20,000 nucleotides of DNA. It comes from Trichinella spiralis. Lineage: Eukaryota. Each line of letters begins with the position of its first letter. Position 1 is the first letter of the stretch. A program made the translations under genes and the position numbers. This document shows positions 1-11,369 of this stretch, piece by piece. The stretch is taken from contig NW_003526940.1 in NCBI RefSeq assembly GCF_000181795.1, forward strand, positions 2,246,542-2,266,541. The letters are read 5' to 3'. The notes under the pieces were generated by a model that did not search any database, was not told where the DNA came from, and saw only the letters and a list, made by a program, of their open reading frames with translations.

Positions 1-143
1 ATTCAGAAAAAACAATACGATACAAAAATAAATTAAATAGTGATTTTGATTTTTCACTAATCAAGAGCAGCAACAACAACAGTAAAGAACAGTCAACAAC
101 AACAACAATTAAACAACATAACAGTGAACAATATTAACAAAGT
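1..143 (-). repeat. MULE 3' untranslated/subterminal region, (CAA)n-rich
   Basis: Matches 13168..13283 and the reverse complement of ~18148..18285. Confidence 0.75.
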
Positions 144-799
144 GGGTATCAGAGAGATTTCAAAATCACAAATTATTGTTTGTGGATTAAGATTGACGTA
201 AGATCTTTATCCGTACATAAACAATAGACTGCTGGCACCAGCTTTCCCGCCAAAAAGGTATGGATGGGAAACAGCTTTTGATACCATTGTGGTACAACCT
301 TGAATGTACCATCCAATGCCCAGGTTCGCCTGGTTGCCATCAGTCCAATATTAGAACCCGTAGCCAATACTAATATATGCCTCGATGCACTCTGCCACAG
401 CAAAAAATCTTCACCGGCCATTGTTGTCCTGAATGCGTCAGGGATTTGCTGGTCCCGACAATGTTCAGGCAGTTTCAGGTATCGCTTTGACCGGTGGCTG
501 TACATCGTGGACTTCATTCGCCGAAAAAGCGGAAAATGGCTAGATGCAGATGCCACGGTGGACACGGCGGAAACTTCTTCATCGTAAATGGCGAGGATGG
601 ATTTTGTTTCTTCCGCGCTTCGTTTTTTCCAACCCGCCTTTTTTTCCATTTTGTATGCTAAGTGCTCATCCACTGGGCAGCTTTCGATGTGATCCTTTTG
701 CGTGATCACATATGTCACATTCAGGTTTGTCCATATGACACCCTTGCAGCCTTCTCTGCCCTATACCAAAGTAACCTAACCCTTAATAACGAAGGACAC
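144..799 (-). pseudogene. Mutator-like (MULE) transposase remnant, subfamily A copy 1 (5'-truncated, internally deleted)
   Basis: ORF 173..718 has WALDGTFKVVPQWY...LVPAVYCLC (first catalytic Asp region of MULE transposases). An out-of-frame continuation NLNPQTIICDFEISLIP (to ~144) carries the second Asp. Homology to the other A copies stops at ~799, inside the intron. Confidence 0.85.
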
Positions 800-969
800 G
801 GTTTGGTCCCACTTGGGCTCAATTTTGTTCCCATTCGGTCCCACTTTTCACTTATTGGTCGTTGTCCTCGCTATTTTATTATTGGTCGTTGACCTCGCTA
901 TCTTATTAGTCCGTAAAGTCTTTGTCGTATTGGATTTTCATAGAACAGTCAGACGGAAATCAAAAATGT
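800..969. mobile_element. Probable terminal region of a DNA transposon with a 27-bp tandem subterminal repeat
   Basis: ttattggtcgttgtcctcgctatttta (852-878) and ttattggtcgttgacctcgctatctta (879-905). A related unit lies at 12690-12716. The segment begins where MULE copy 1 homology ends. Confidence 0.4.
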
Positions 970-979
970 NNNNNNNNNN

Positions 980-1855
980 ATGATACTACACAATAATAAC
1001 AACGTGCTATAATAAAATAATTCTGTTTACTGATGCACATATCCAACATTTGTCATTGCGATTCGTCCGCTTGAGGGTGTAACACCTTCCTCTGTACACC
1101 AATTTTTGTTGGTTCCTTTGAGTCGAAACAAACTGAATTTCATCACTCTCCATTAATAACAACTCACAAATACGAAGCACACAGCTACACGGAAAACCAG
1201 GGAAATAAATTTAACTGTTTTGCACTCCGTTTTAAATAACCATTTTGCAACCATTAAATAGTTTATGCACCGTTTCGGTTGATTTGTCTAGCTCAGTTAG
1301 CTGCGTCATGCATTATGCCCAGCAGCATTTTACTTCCTGCTTCATAGTGTACTTCTCGTTTACTCCAGTATTAGTAATAATGGAATGCATTTCCAGGTCC
1401 ATTTTCTGTTCATTGCCGTCCAGTCCAGAAAGCCGTATCCATCACAATTTCAGCAGGCAAATTTCGGATGATGATGTCTGATCTTGTTTTGCTCCTTAGC
1501 TAATAACCCTCGAATGCTAAGCACCGAACTGAAACGCAAGACCAAAAAGGAAAATAAATTTGTCAGTTTAAATTCCATTTTAAATAATCATTTTGCAACA
1601 ACATTTAGTTTTCATTTCTCATCTACAATTTAAGATCAACTTTTGTGATATTCGTTGTAGCGCCAACGCCTTTTATTGATGTTGACAGAAGATTATTAAT
1701 CACAGACAAATGGAGCACATATGCTGACATCAAACAATGCGATGTCCACTGAAAATGATTTGAGCAGCTCAGCGCTTTGTGCTGTGTGCTGTCATCGCTT
1801 TTTTTCTGCTCGAATGCTCACTTTATTTATCGTGCATGAAAAAATACTGTCAAAA
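980..1855 (+). repeat. Gap-flanked duplicate of 2631..~3526
   Basis: Near-identical at offset 1651 (identical 78-aa ORFs at 1245 and 2896). Many small indels appear only in the last ~100 bp before the gap. Confidence 0.9.
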
Positions 1856-1899
1856 NNNNNNNNNNTTGTCCCGCAATCCCCCCATCCCCGACAGAATAA

Positions 1900-2530
1900 T
1901 AAAAATCATTCACAACACAAATAGCGCACGAATGCTAACATCAAAGTATGCGATGTCCACTGCAGAGTGAATTTGAAGCAGCTTTAACTGCTATTCTGCT
2001 TCGTGCTGTCCTTTGCTTCCTTTTTGCTTTCAAAGTGTTTTACACTCATTTATCTCAGTTCATCAAAAAAATTACGTTTCAGTTAGCAATTAAATGAAAT
2101 TTATGCATTAAATGCTTTTCAGTTTGCGAGTAAATGTTCTGATGAGTAGCTAATGACGATTGTAATACAATGGAAAAATCAAAAAGTGATGAATTGTCCA
2201 CAGCTGCAGTTGTCAGCTAAACTACGCATGGCAACTGCTAATTTGCTAGCATTTAAATACTTTTCTAATTTCAAGCTGACTGTTCTCTGATAATTTTTCC
2301 TGATAGCAATCAAAGAATTTTACTTTTAACTTCAGAAAGTTTTTACCTCTTTCGTCAGTGTTATTGTTTTCCTTCGTATATTTTATTTAAATAAAAAGTC
2401 TGCAATATTATTTACAAATCAAAGAACAAATTTAGTTTTATATATTTGGTGTAAATTGTGAACTTTCCATTATTACATCTGAACGAAACCGACTAGTGCG
2501 TTGGTGAAAACTTAAATCGCTAGATGCCTA
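1900..2530 (+). repeat. Dispersed AT-rich repeat family R, diverged copy
   Basis: Shares gatgtccactgcagagtgaatttgaagcagc, tgtccacagctgcagtt and gttattgttttccttcgtatattttattt with 3350-4010 and 14335-14870. Confidence 0.75.
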
Positions 2531-3186
2531 ATTTCTCACTTAATCGGATGACTTCTGTGGCCTCCAGATTTGTGGACAGTGTGCCACGGCAGCGTCTCAT
2601 TCCCTAAATTGGAAACGAAATTGCAAGCTCATGATACTACACAATAATAACAACGTGCTATAATAAAATAATTCTGTTTACTGATGCACATATCCAACAT
2701 TTGTCATTGCGATTCGTCCGCTTGAGGGTGTAACACCTTCCTCTGTACACCAATTTTTGTTGGTTCCTTTGAGTCGAAACAAACTGAATTTCATCACTCT
2801 CCATTAATAACAACTCACAAATACGAAGCACACAGCTACACGGAAAACCAGGGAAATAAATTTAACTGTTTTGCACTCCGTTTTAAATAACCATTTTGCA
2901 ACCATTAAATAGTTTATGCACCGTTTCGGTTGATTTGTCTAGCTCAGTTAGCTGCGTCATGCATTATGCCCAGCAGCATTTTACTTCCTGCTTCATAGTG
3001 TACTTCTCGTTTACTCCAGTATTAGTAATAATGGAATGCATTTCCAGGTCCATTTTCTGTTCATTGCCGTCCAGTCCAGAAAGCCGTATCCATCACAATT
3101 TCAGCAGGCAAATTTCGGATGATGATGTCTGATCTTGTTTTGCTCCTTAGCTAATAACCCTCGAATGCTAAGCACCGAACTGAAAC

Positions 3187-4103
3187 GCAAGACCAAAAAG
3201 GAAAATAAATTTGTCAGTTTAAATTCCATTTTAAATAATCATTTTGCAACAACATTTAGTTTTCATTTCTCATCTACAATTTAAGATCAACTTTTGTGAT
3301 ATTCGTTGTAGCGCCAACGCCTTTTATTGATGTTGACAGAAGATTATTAATCACAGACAAATGGCGCACATATGCTGACATCAAACAATGCGATGTCCAC
3401 TGAAAAATGAATTTGAAGCAGCTTCAAGCGCTTTTGTGCTTGGTTGGTGCTGTTCATCGCTTTTTTTCTGCTTCGAAGTGCTTCACTTTTATTTATCCGT
3501 GCCAATGAAAAAATACTGTTCAAAAAAATGTCAGCCAACAGTTGCTTTCACTTGTCATATAAATTACCTTCTTAGCTAACAATTAAATGAGATTTATGCC
3601 TAATGTTCTTTTCTGTTTGTCAGATATTGTTCTGATGAAGGCTAGTTGAAGGCTATTTAAGTACAAAGGGAAAATCTACAATTGATAAATTGTCTACAGC
3701 TGCAGTTTTCAGCTAAAACTAGGAGTGGTGATTGCTGAATGTTAGCATCGAAACTTTTCTGATTTTGCCTGTCTGTTCTCTGAAAATGTTTCTAGTTTGC
3801 AGAAGAATTTAATCTTCCAATCTTTCTTTCGCTCCTGTTCACAAGAGTTATTGTTTTTCTTCTTATGTTTCATTTAAATAAAAAATAAAATCTGGCATTT
3901 TGTTTAAAGTAAAAATTTGTGGTTATACATTTTGTGTAAATTGTATTAAATTTGTTTTTCAATATCTAAAGTAAACCCACTACTGAGTTGACTAAACATT
4001 CGAGTTGCAATTTTGTATTACTATGTTTCAACATTCCAGATCAAAAAATATCTGTTGCATTTCGAAATTCTGTTGATTTTAGCAAACAAAACTGAAAGCA
4101 AAA
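3187..4103 (+). repeat. Dispersed repeat family R, longest copy (~0.9 kb)
   Basis: Aligns by eye along its length with the reverse complement of 11645..12646. Confidence 0.8.
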
Positions 4104-4143
4104 TTTTCTCTGTTGGCATCGTAAAAAGTCATTGCATGTCAAA

Positions 4144-4660
4144 TTATGAAAACAAAAAATGACCTAGATAAACACGTTTATTTAACATCTCTTTGTTCAG
4201 TTATCTCTTCTTCAGACTGTTCATTTGTTGCTTCTATATTTTTGTAGAATAATGCAATTAGATAATAAAGATATTTAATTTGTAAAGAACAAAACCGTCA
4301 ATTCTATTTTTCATTTATTTCACTCCTCAATGCTTATCATTAGCTTGTGCTATTTTCCGTGTCGTAGGTTTGAGATGTGTTTTCGAATGATGAGAATAAA
4401 TAATAATGAATTTCAGTTTGTATCTTGAAGAACCGACATAAGCCAATACACAAAGGGAGATGCCACACGCTGAAGTGCACAAATCATAATGACAAATACG
4501 GGTTGTGAATAAACATACAAACAATGGCTTAATGTAGCACATTATTATTGTAATATTACAGCTAATCCATTTTTTCAATATAACGATTAGTTGGTAGCCG
4601 TGGCACAGTGTCTACAAGTTTAGAAATGGACTTTTTCCACGTTATCGTTGTATTGCCCAT
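4144..4660 (+). repeat. ~517-bp duplicated segment (second copy 18513..19029)
   Basis: Both copies start ttatgaaaacaaaaaatgacctag and end ttatcgttgtattgcccat. Confidence 0.9.
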
Positions 4661-5609
4661 CTTGCCCATGGTATATATTGTAATAAAATTCAGATTTGCT
4701 TGTTGTTGTAAAATGGAAATTTCTGTACTATACATTTGCTTAGTTCTGAAGCGCTTATATCGAATAGTAGAAAAGTTTCTGTGAAAACAGTCTGTTGATC
4801 AGCATAGATGTGAAAAAGTAAAATGCAAAAGCAAATTTACAAGAATAAAATTAAGCAATAAGATAATCTTTTGTGAACAGTGAAATGTAAAACGCAAAAG
4901 CTTTTTGAAAGCATCATTTGCAAAGTCTAAAAACAAATATACACAGTTGCACGTTATAACTAAAAGCTTTTTCTTTTAAAAATGGTAAATGATTATTTAT
5001 GTCTATATAAAGTAATTCAATGGTAATTCACCTCATATTTCGTAACAAGTGAATTCGAGAAGAACGAAAAGAAAAAAAATTTAACCATCATCAAAAGAAT
5101 AACTTTTCATTTATTGGGAAAATACACAAATACCAAAGAAATCATTAAGCATCAGATGAAAAATGAATACAATGTATCGGCAATAACAAGCTCATTAAAG
5201 AACAATAAACTTCACATTCGAATGCTAATAAATATAATTCCGCAGACGAAGCGACAAATATATTCGAGTATTGGAAGCCACTTTTGGATTATTACGTTTC
5301 ATTGTTTTATGTGTTCTTCGATTATTATATCTCTCGCTTCACTTGGCTGTCACATGACAGTTGCTCGTGATATTTCTTTCCAAAACTTGATGGCAATGTA
5401 AGCATTGCAATCGTCCAATCATCACGTTTGATATGTCTCTGGGAATGTTCCTAATGCTTCGAGGACGCGCACATGTAATTCCATTTGATTCATCAATTGT
5501 CGAAGACGCAATAAGTTCCATTCAGTGGTAACCACTGGCAGCTTTTACTGTTCTTTCATATGCTCTTCAATTATTACTTCTTGTTTTCTAATTCATCATG
5601 GCAATGCGG

Positions 5610-6125
5610 GCGGGCATCGCGGCTTCGTCATTTGTTCGTCAAAGAACGACCTGCTATTGGTGGAGCAACGTTTCCAGTGAGGAGTGATCAGAGATAGCTG
5701 AAGTTCTGGATCATGTTGGCGTCGTGTTGGCATGTATCGAAGTTCTAAACTCGTCCTGAAATCCTTGCCAATCACGAAAATTTCCATCAAACTTCTTTAT
5801 TTCCAGCTTTGGAAGTCGCACATTGGGGAATGTGTTCTGATTGAGTGGATCAGATGTTCCCCTGTTACTGGATCCATTTGCACGTTCTGCAGAGTTCCAG
5901 TATCTTTGAACTGAGAGTTTGTCGTTCGTCGAAAAAATCGTCAATATTTTCCATTGCTTCGCTGATCGGTCAGAGATTTTCACCAAGCAGATCTGTCTGC
6001 GCTCTTTTTCACTATCCAAAGTATCATTCAGATCGTCAATGGCTGATGTCAGCCAACGCAATTGAGGAATAATGAAGCAATTTGTCCATCTCAAGTATCG
6101 ATCTGAACAGTTTCAAATTCGCCAT
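5610..6125 (-). pseudogene. BEL/Pao retrotransposon gag remnant (DUF1759-like)
   Basis: ORF 5711..6094 contains VRLPKLEIKKFDGNFRDWQGFQDEFRTSIHAN. A shifted frame continues NFSYL*SLLTGNVAPPIAGRSLTN, matching the F.YL.S.L.G.A...I.G..LT pattern of BEL/Pao gag. Frameshifts and stops are present. Confidence 0.8.
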
Positions 6126-6247
6126 TTAATTTTTGTAGAGAAGCCGTTCTGAAATCTCAACTTCTTCAGTCAATGAGGTTCTGCTTCTCAGAGACTGTCC
6201 CGTCTGCGAAATCCGTCGCTGTGTTCCAGGTTCGTCGTACCAAAACA

Positions 6248-6625
6248 TGTAGCAGCCGCGTCGAATAATTCTGGCTACATTTGATATGATAGTCAGGTTC
6301 TTTGTGACCATTTCTGTCTAGGTAGAAAGTCAAGTTTAATATCGATTATCCAACTTCTGTCACGTCAACACCACTTTCACGTTGCGTTCGGGAAATAAGA
6401 AGCACAACGGAGTGATGACACAACTTTATTCTGGCCATATGAACAAAGTCAACCAATAACTAAATCGTATCCGTTAAGAGTCACAACTACACAAGTTAAG
6501 CTACAGTCACACGCGTTTCAACACGTCAGTTCTCCAAACTTCCGCCAATCAATCAGTCTTCCCTTCTCTCTCCTTCTTTTTCAGTTCTACTGTAATGATA
6601 TTCAGGTTCCAACACGTCAACTACA
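6248..6625 (-). mobile_element. Putative 5' LTR of the BEL/Pao element (~378 bp)
   Basis: The minus strand starts TGTAG (6625) and ends CTACA (6248), a 5-bp terminal inverted repeat. AATAAA lies on the minus strand at 6425-6430. It is followed by a TGG-containing PBS-like tract (tgttttGGTACGACGAACCTGGA), then the gag remnant. Confidence 0.6.
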
Positions 6626-7323
6626 AAATCCTTTCTTTTGTCGTTTACAACATAATGATTTCAAAAGCTCTGTTTTAACTGTTATTGCAATATTAAAAAT
6701 AGTTTTTCTGATAATATATTATTCATCTTGTGAAATCAGTAAACCATAAATAATTTATTATTATGTTCAGCTGAAGGAAGACTGCTGAGTATTTCACCTT
6801 GAAAATCAATAAATACTGTAGAAATACAGTAGTAATAGAACTGGCGTGGTGATGTGGGATGATTAATATGGAAAGTTGGTATGAATATGTAGTACAGAAG
6901 AATAATTAATTGGTTTGTTGGCATTGTTGCGATTAAACTGCTGCAGTTTTATAAGTAAAACCCGCGGGCTGGGATTTCACAGGTATAAGTTCAAATTGTA
7001 GTGTTTTTGACAAACTCTTGCCACGTCATTTCATCCTTTTTAGAATTAATCGCTAATGAGGTTGATGAATTAGTGGAACTCGTTCAAGATTCATCGTACA
7101 AAAACCTTAAATGACGCCTGCTGTAACGTTTTGGCATATCTAAAATGTAGCGCTTTTTTGTAATTACTACTCCATTGGCAGTTGGAAACGTGAAGTCGTT
7201 CTAGATGTTTCGTGATGAACTAAAGTTGCGGCAATGCTATCGACCAGAATGCATGGTTTCTCCGTAACCAATTTTTGTGTTGTCTACTTGTGAACATGGA
7301 AATGATAATTGAAATGGAAATGG

Positions 7324-7572
7324 GATCTGTCTGCGCTCTTTTTCACTATCCAAAGTATCATTCAGATCGTCAACGGCTGATATCAGCCAACGCAATTGAG
7401 GAATAATGAAGTAATTTGTCCATCTCAAGTATCGATCTGAACAGTTTCACATTCGCCATTTAATTTTTGCAGAGAAGCCGTTCAGTCTTCAGTCAATGAG
7501 GTTCTGCTTCTCAGAGACTGTCCCGTCTGCGAAATCCATCGCTGTGTTCCAGGTTCGTCATACCAAAACATG
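7324..7572 (-). mobile_element. Second partial copy of the BEL/Pao leader and gag 5' end
   Basis: Near-identical to 5990..6249. ORF 7237..7428 repeats MRWTN.FIIPQLRWL.SA.DDLNDTLDSEKERRQI. Confidence 0.85.
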
Positions 7573-7817
7573 TGTAACGGATGGCGGAGCGAAGCGACGC
7601 CTACAGGCGAACTCGGAGGCCAAGAGAAACCTGATTGGCTGGGCGGACAACAGCCAGACGAACGCGGAAGTGACGAGAAAGTTCAGTCACGAAAAAGTGT
7701 GAGTAGAGTGTGCGTGTGTTCTGTGCTGTCTGTGTATTAGTTGTAAAATAAAGCTTGATCTTTCTCGTTATGAGTGGTTCCGCTAACGATAATAAGAAAG
7801 AACGGAAGGCCGTTACA
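7573..7817 (+). mobile_element. Ty3/Gypsy 5' LTR (245 bp)
   Basis: Perfect 8-bp terminal inverted repeats TGTAACGG (7573-7580) and CCGTTACA (7810-7817), AATAAA at 7747-7752, directly upstream of the Gypsy pol remnant. Confidence 0.8.
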
Positions 7818-7899
7818 CTTAGGTGACGGCAGAATTAAACTGGACGGAATATGGCTGAATCTGGAATCACCACATACGCCTAACGATCGCAACCAAAGG

Positions 7900-9910
7900 G
7901 AAGCGGAGCAAGAATGTGACATCTGCCTGTTGGAAACCGTCACTCTGCCGGCCCGAACCGAGGTAATTGTCACAGGGAAAAGTAACGCGAACTGGACAAC
8001 GAAGGATGGATTTTTTGAACCAGCACCAAAATTAGTAACCAATCACTCGGTAATGGCTGCTTGTTCGTTGTCACGCACGCATAGAGGCACTGTCCCGGTG
8101 AGGTTGTTGAATGGCACTGACACACCAATCACCTTGTTTAAAGACACAAAGTTGGGAACGTACTTGACAACATATAGCACCGCAAGTACGAGAAAAACAG
8201 TGGAAGCCCCAAATGCAGAGTCCAAAAGAAAGTATTCAGAACTAATCGAAAACATGGCGAAACTGTCTCACGACGTCCCACATACAATCAGGAGGCGATT
8301 GCGCACGCTGCTCTGGAAATACAAGCAAATTATCGCGACCGATGAATACAACACTGGACGAACTAACGCCTGCAAACATTCAATCAACACCGGCGTCGCA
8401 TCACCCATCAAGCAACCTCCAAGACGAATACCTTACCATCAGAAAGAGACGGTCTGAAGGATGTTGAGCGAAATGACAAATCATAAGGTGATAGAACCAT
8501 CATGCGGACCATGGTCATCACCAATTGTCTTAGTAAAAAAAAGGACGGTTCGTACCGTTTCTGCGTCGACTACCGAAAATTAAATCTCTGCACAAAAAAA
8601 GATGCCCAACCACTGCCGAAAATCGAGGAGACCTTAGAAGCACTCAGCGGAGCAACATGGTTCTCCACATTGGACATGGCGAGTGGATACTGGCAATTCG
8701 AAGTAGCGGACGAAGACAAAGGGAAGACAGCATTCGCTACCCCTTTCGGGTTGTATCAATTCCGAGTGATGCCTTTTGGGCTCTGCAATGCACCAGCAAC
8801 GTTCCAGCGTCTGATGGAGACCGTCCTCTGCGGACTGCACTGGACCACCTGTATGGTGTATTTAGACGACATAATTGTCTTCAGTAAAGACGCGGCAGAG
8901 CACCTGGAAAAACTAGAGGAAGTGTTTTCACGACTGCAAGGAGCCGGACTGAAAATAAAGCCTTCCAAGTGCCACTTATTCCAAGAGAGAGTAAAATACT
9001 TGGGCCATGTGGTATCCCGCGATGGTGTGCAACCAGACCCTGAAAAGATTAAAGCAGTCGAACAGTGGCCTATTCCGAAATGCAGCAAAGAACTGCAGCA
9101 GTTCCTTGGCTTAGCGTCTTACTACCGTCGGTTTGTGAAAGGATTCGCCCAGATAGCAGAGCCACTCCATCGGCTCACAGAAAAGGGGAAGCTATGGAAC
9201 TGGACAGACGAGTGCGATAAGGCATTCTTGCACCTGAAAGCTCGGTTAACCAGGCAACCAGTGTTAACACATCCGGATTTCAAAATTCCATTTCTGGTTG
9301 ACACAGACGCTATTGGCGACGGCTTGGGGGCGGTGCTATCACAAGACATCGCCGGGAAAGAACACGTAATAGCATACGCAAGCCGCACACTAAGCAAAAC
9401 CGAAAGGAAGTACTGCGCCACGAGAAGGGAAATGCTGGCCCTGGTATGGGCGCTAAAGCAATTCCGGTGCTTCTTTACGGGCGAAAATTCACAGTCAGAA
9501 CGGATCACGGCAGTTTGACGTGGCTGAGGAACTTCAAAGAACCAGAAGGTCAGGTTGCACGATGGCTGCAACAGCTAGGAGAATTCGACTTCGAAGTTAT
9601 CTATCGGCCGGGCAGAAAACATCAAAACGCCGACGCGCTATCAAGGGGATCGTGCAAGCAGTGTGGCCAAAACATCCCTACATCTTGCACAACAATCGAC
9701 AGTATAGAGCTCTCAAATCAGAGATGGCAACCCTGTCCTATATGGCCTGCGTGGACACCAGCTCAGCTGGAGATGGAACAACAGAAAGATCCGGATATCG
9801 CACGGATATGCCGGTGGGTGGCTACAAAGACACTTCCAGGAAGATGCCCGACTGGAAGCAGCAGGACGCTGCAGAGTCTATTACTACAAAAAGATCAGCT
9901 GATGGTAATG
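7900..9910 (+). pseudogene. pol: Ty3/Gypsy pol remnant: reverse transcriptase + RNase H, with no protease or integrase
   Basis: Motifs PIKQPPRRIP, PWSSPIVLVKK/DGSYRFCVDYRKLN, LDMASGYWQ, MPFGLCNAPATFQR, YLDD (8859-8870), RNase H TDA..GLGAVL, EMLALVWAL, TDH and ADALSR. Disrupted by TGA at 8455-8457, a 1-bp loss in the A8 run at 8535-8542 and a frameshift near 9470. Confidence 0.93.
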
Positions 9911-11369
9911 AAGTTGAGTTGAAGATCATGAATCACTGCCGTCCCGATGGAAACTTATGACAAAATTGTATCAAGCTTGGCAAACAACTGCGCTCTTGGC
10001 AAAAATCGACACCAGGCTCACCTCAACATCCCTACACTAGGACTGATGCGAAGGGCGCATTGAAGGATAATGGAAATTATTCTGCGAAGCAGGTGTGGCG
10101 TAGCTGTTTTACTAATCGCAGATTCAGCGTCGCAGTCCGCCAGTGTGATAGACGCGACTTTCCTGAGCTGACATGTAGTTTTTGCTTCTTCTTTATTACT
10201 GATATAACATCGTACGTTTCCTACGAAGGCATCAAGCCGTTACCGTTGAAAGTGTGCTTAAGCTCCGTTAGTTTCTCAGTATCATCAGCTTCTAGGGACG
10301 TTCTACCCACCAGATCATGCATGCAACGATTACTTCTGGCAAACGCTTCTCTTGGCAACAGGAGAATACCCAGTTGAAATTATGTTTCAACAAGTCTGTG
10401 AAAATGCTGATTTGTCATTTGAATAAGATGTTTTGAAGATGCTCATGTGGCATTTAGAAGCACTGTGGTTGAATGTGATCACGCTGTTGAGTGATCTTCA
10501 AGAGAATGTGCTGCTTAGACTTTGCTTATTACCCGCAAATATCTAATTTCCGGGTACCGTTCGCTGAAATTACCGTGATCAGCATATCAATGAATTAATT
10601 GTTTCATTGTTATTTTTTGTATTGTTCTGTGTTGTTTCATTATATTTTCATAATGTGTGTATTTGTTGAATAAATAAATTATACCGGTGGTGATGTCTGG
10701 TAGACGCAAAGCAGGGAATGCAGAGCCAATTGACATTGCAGATGCTGCCCACGACAATCAATGGTATAGAAGTCGCAAAACGTTTGCCTTTTTGCATTTT
10801 TCACGGAGCGATTGCTTGAATTTTCACCTTATATTAATAATAATAATAATTAAATTTAAGGACAGTATCTTGTGAAGAGAATTGCCAGATTTTAGTACCG
10901 AAACAATGACTTGGGACAGTTTACTGTTCCTGGTTCGCACATCAATTTGCAGCAAACAATTGATATTCGAAATTAACATTATTCAGTCACTATATGTGCA
11001 TTATGGTTGAATGGAAAGTAATACGCTAGAAATACATTACATCGCTTAGTACAATGTTTACACGCTTAGTACAATGTCAAAATTTTTAAATTACATAACA
11101 ATTCATTAAGCAACCTTTGACCTCTTTTAGTGTTTGATCCGTGACGTCACCAATTTGACAGTGGAATTTTTTCATTGTTTTGAGCTGTTTTTTCTTTTAA
11201 ATATTTACTTTTCACTTTTAGTGATTAGTATTTGAAATTGATTTTAAAAAATTTCATCGCCGTTGCATGTTCCCAGTCATCTGTCAAGTCTGATGGATAG
11301 AAATGAAGCAAACAACGCTTGTTTGCTTCCTCCGAACCGATGTAAACAGGACACACCCGTATCTAAAAA

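Noticed and set aside
300..892. Plus-strand ORFs recurring at 300, 662, 13632, 19302 and 19538, and antisense ORFs over pol
   Set aside because: Antisense shadows of transposase or pol coding sequence; their recurrence just reflects TE copies.
852..905. CRISPR-like repeats
   Set aside because: Only two adjacent units with no spacers and no cas genes, in eukaryotic DNA.
980..1855. Apparent 0.88-kb segmental duplication with a 'conserved' 78-aa ORF
   Set aside because: A small contig flanked by Ns on both sides, essentially identical to 2631-3526 and degrading at its end like a low-quality read. It is probably redundant assembly, so the ORF identity carries no information.
5114..5595. ORFs 5114..5401 and 5339..5521 as host genes
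   Set aside because: Short, with no recognisable domain and stops in neighbouring frames. A decayed gene cannot be excluded but is not supportable.
8535..8542. A8 run as a programmed -1 ribosomal frameshift
   Set aside because: It lies inside the RT domain rather than at a gag-pol junction, and other lesions are present. A mutation or homopolymer error is more likely.
8502..9518. RT as part of a retron, DGR or other prokaryotic RT system
   Set aside because: The motifs, the linked RNase H and the LTR are typical Ty3/Gypsy, and the context is eukaryotic.
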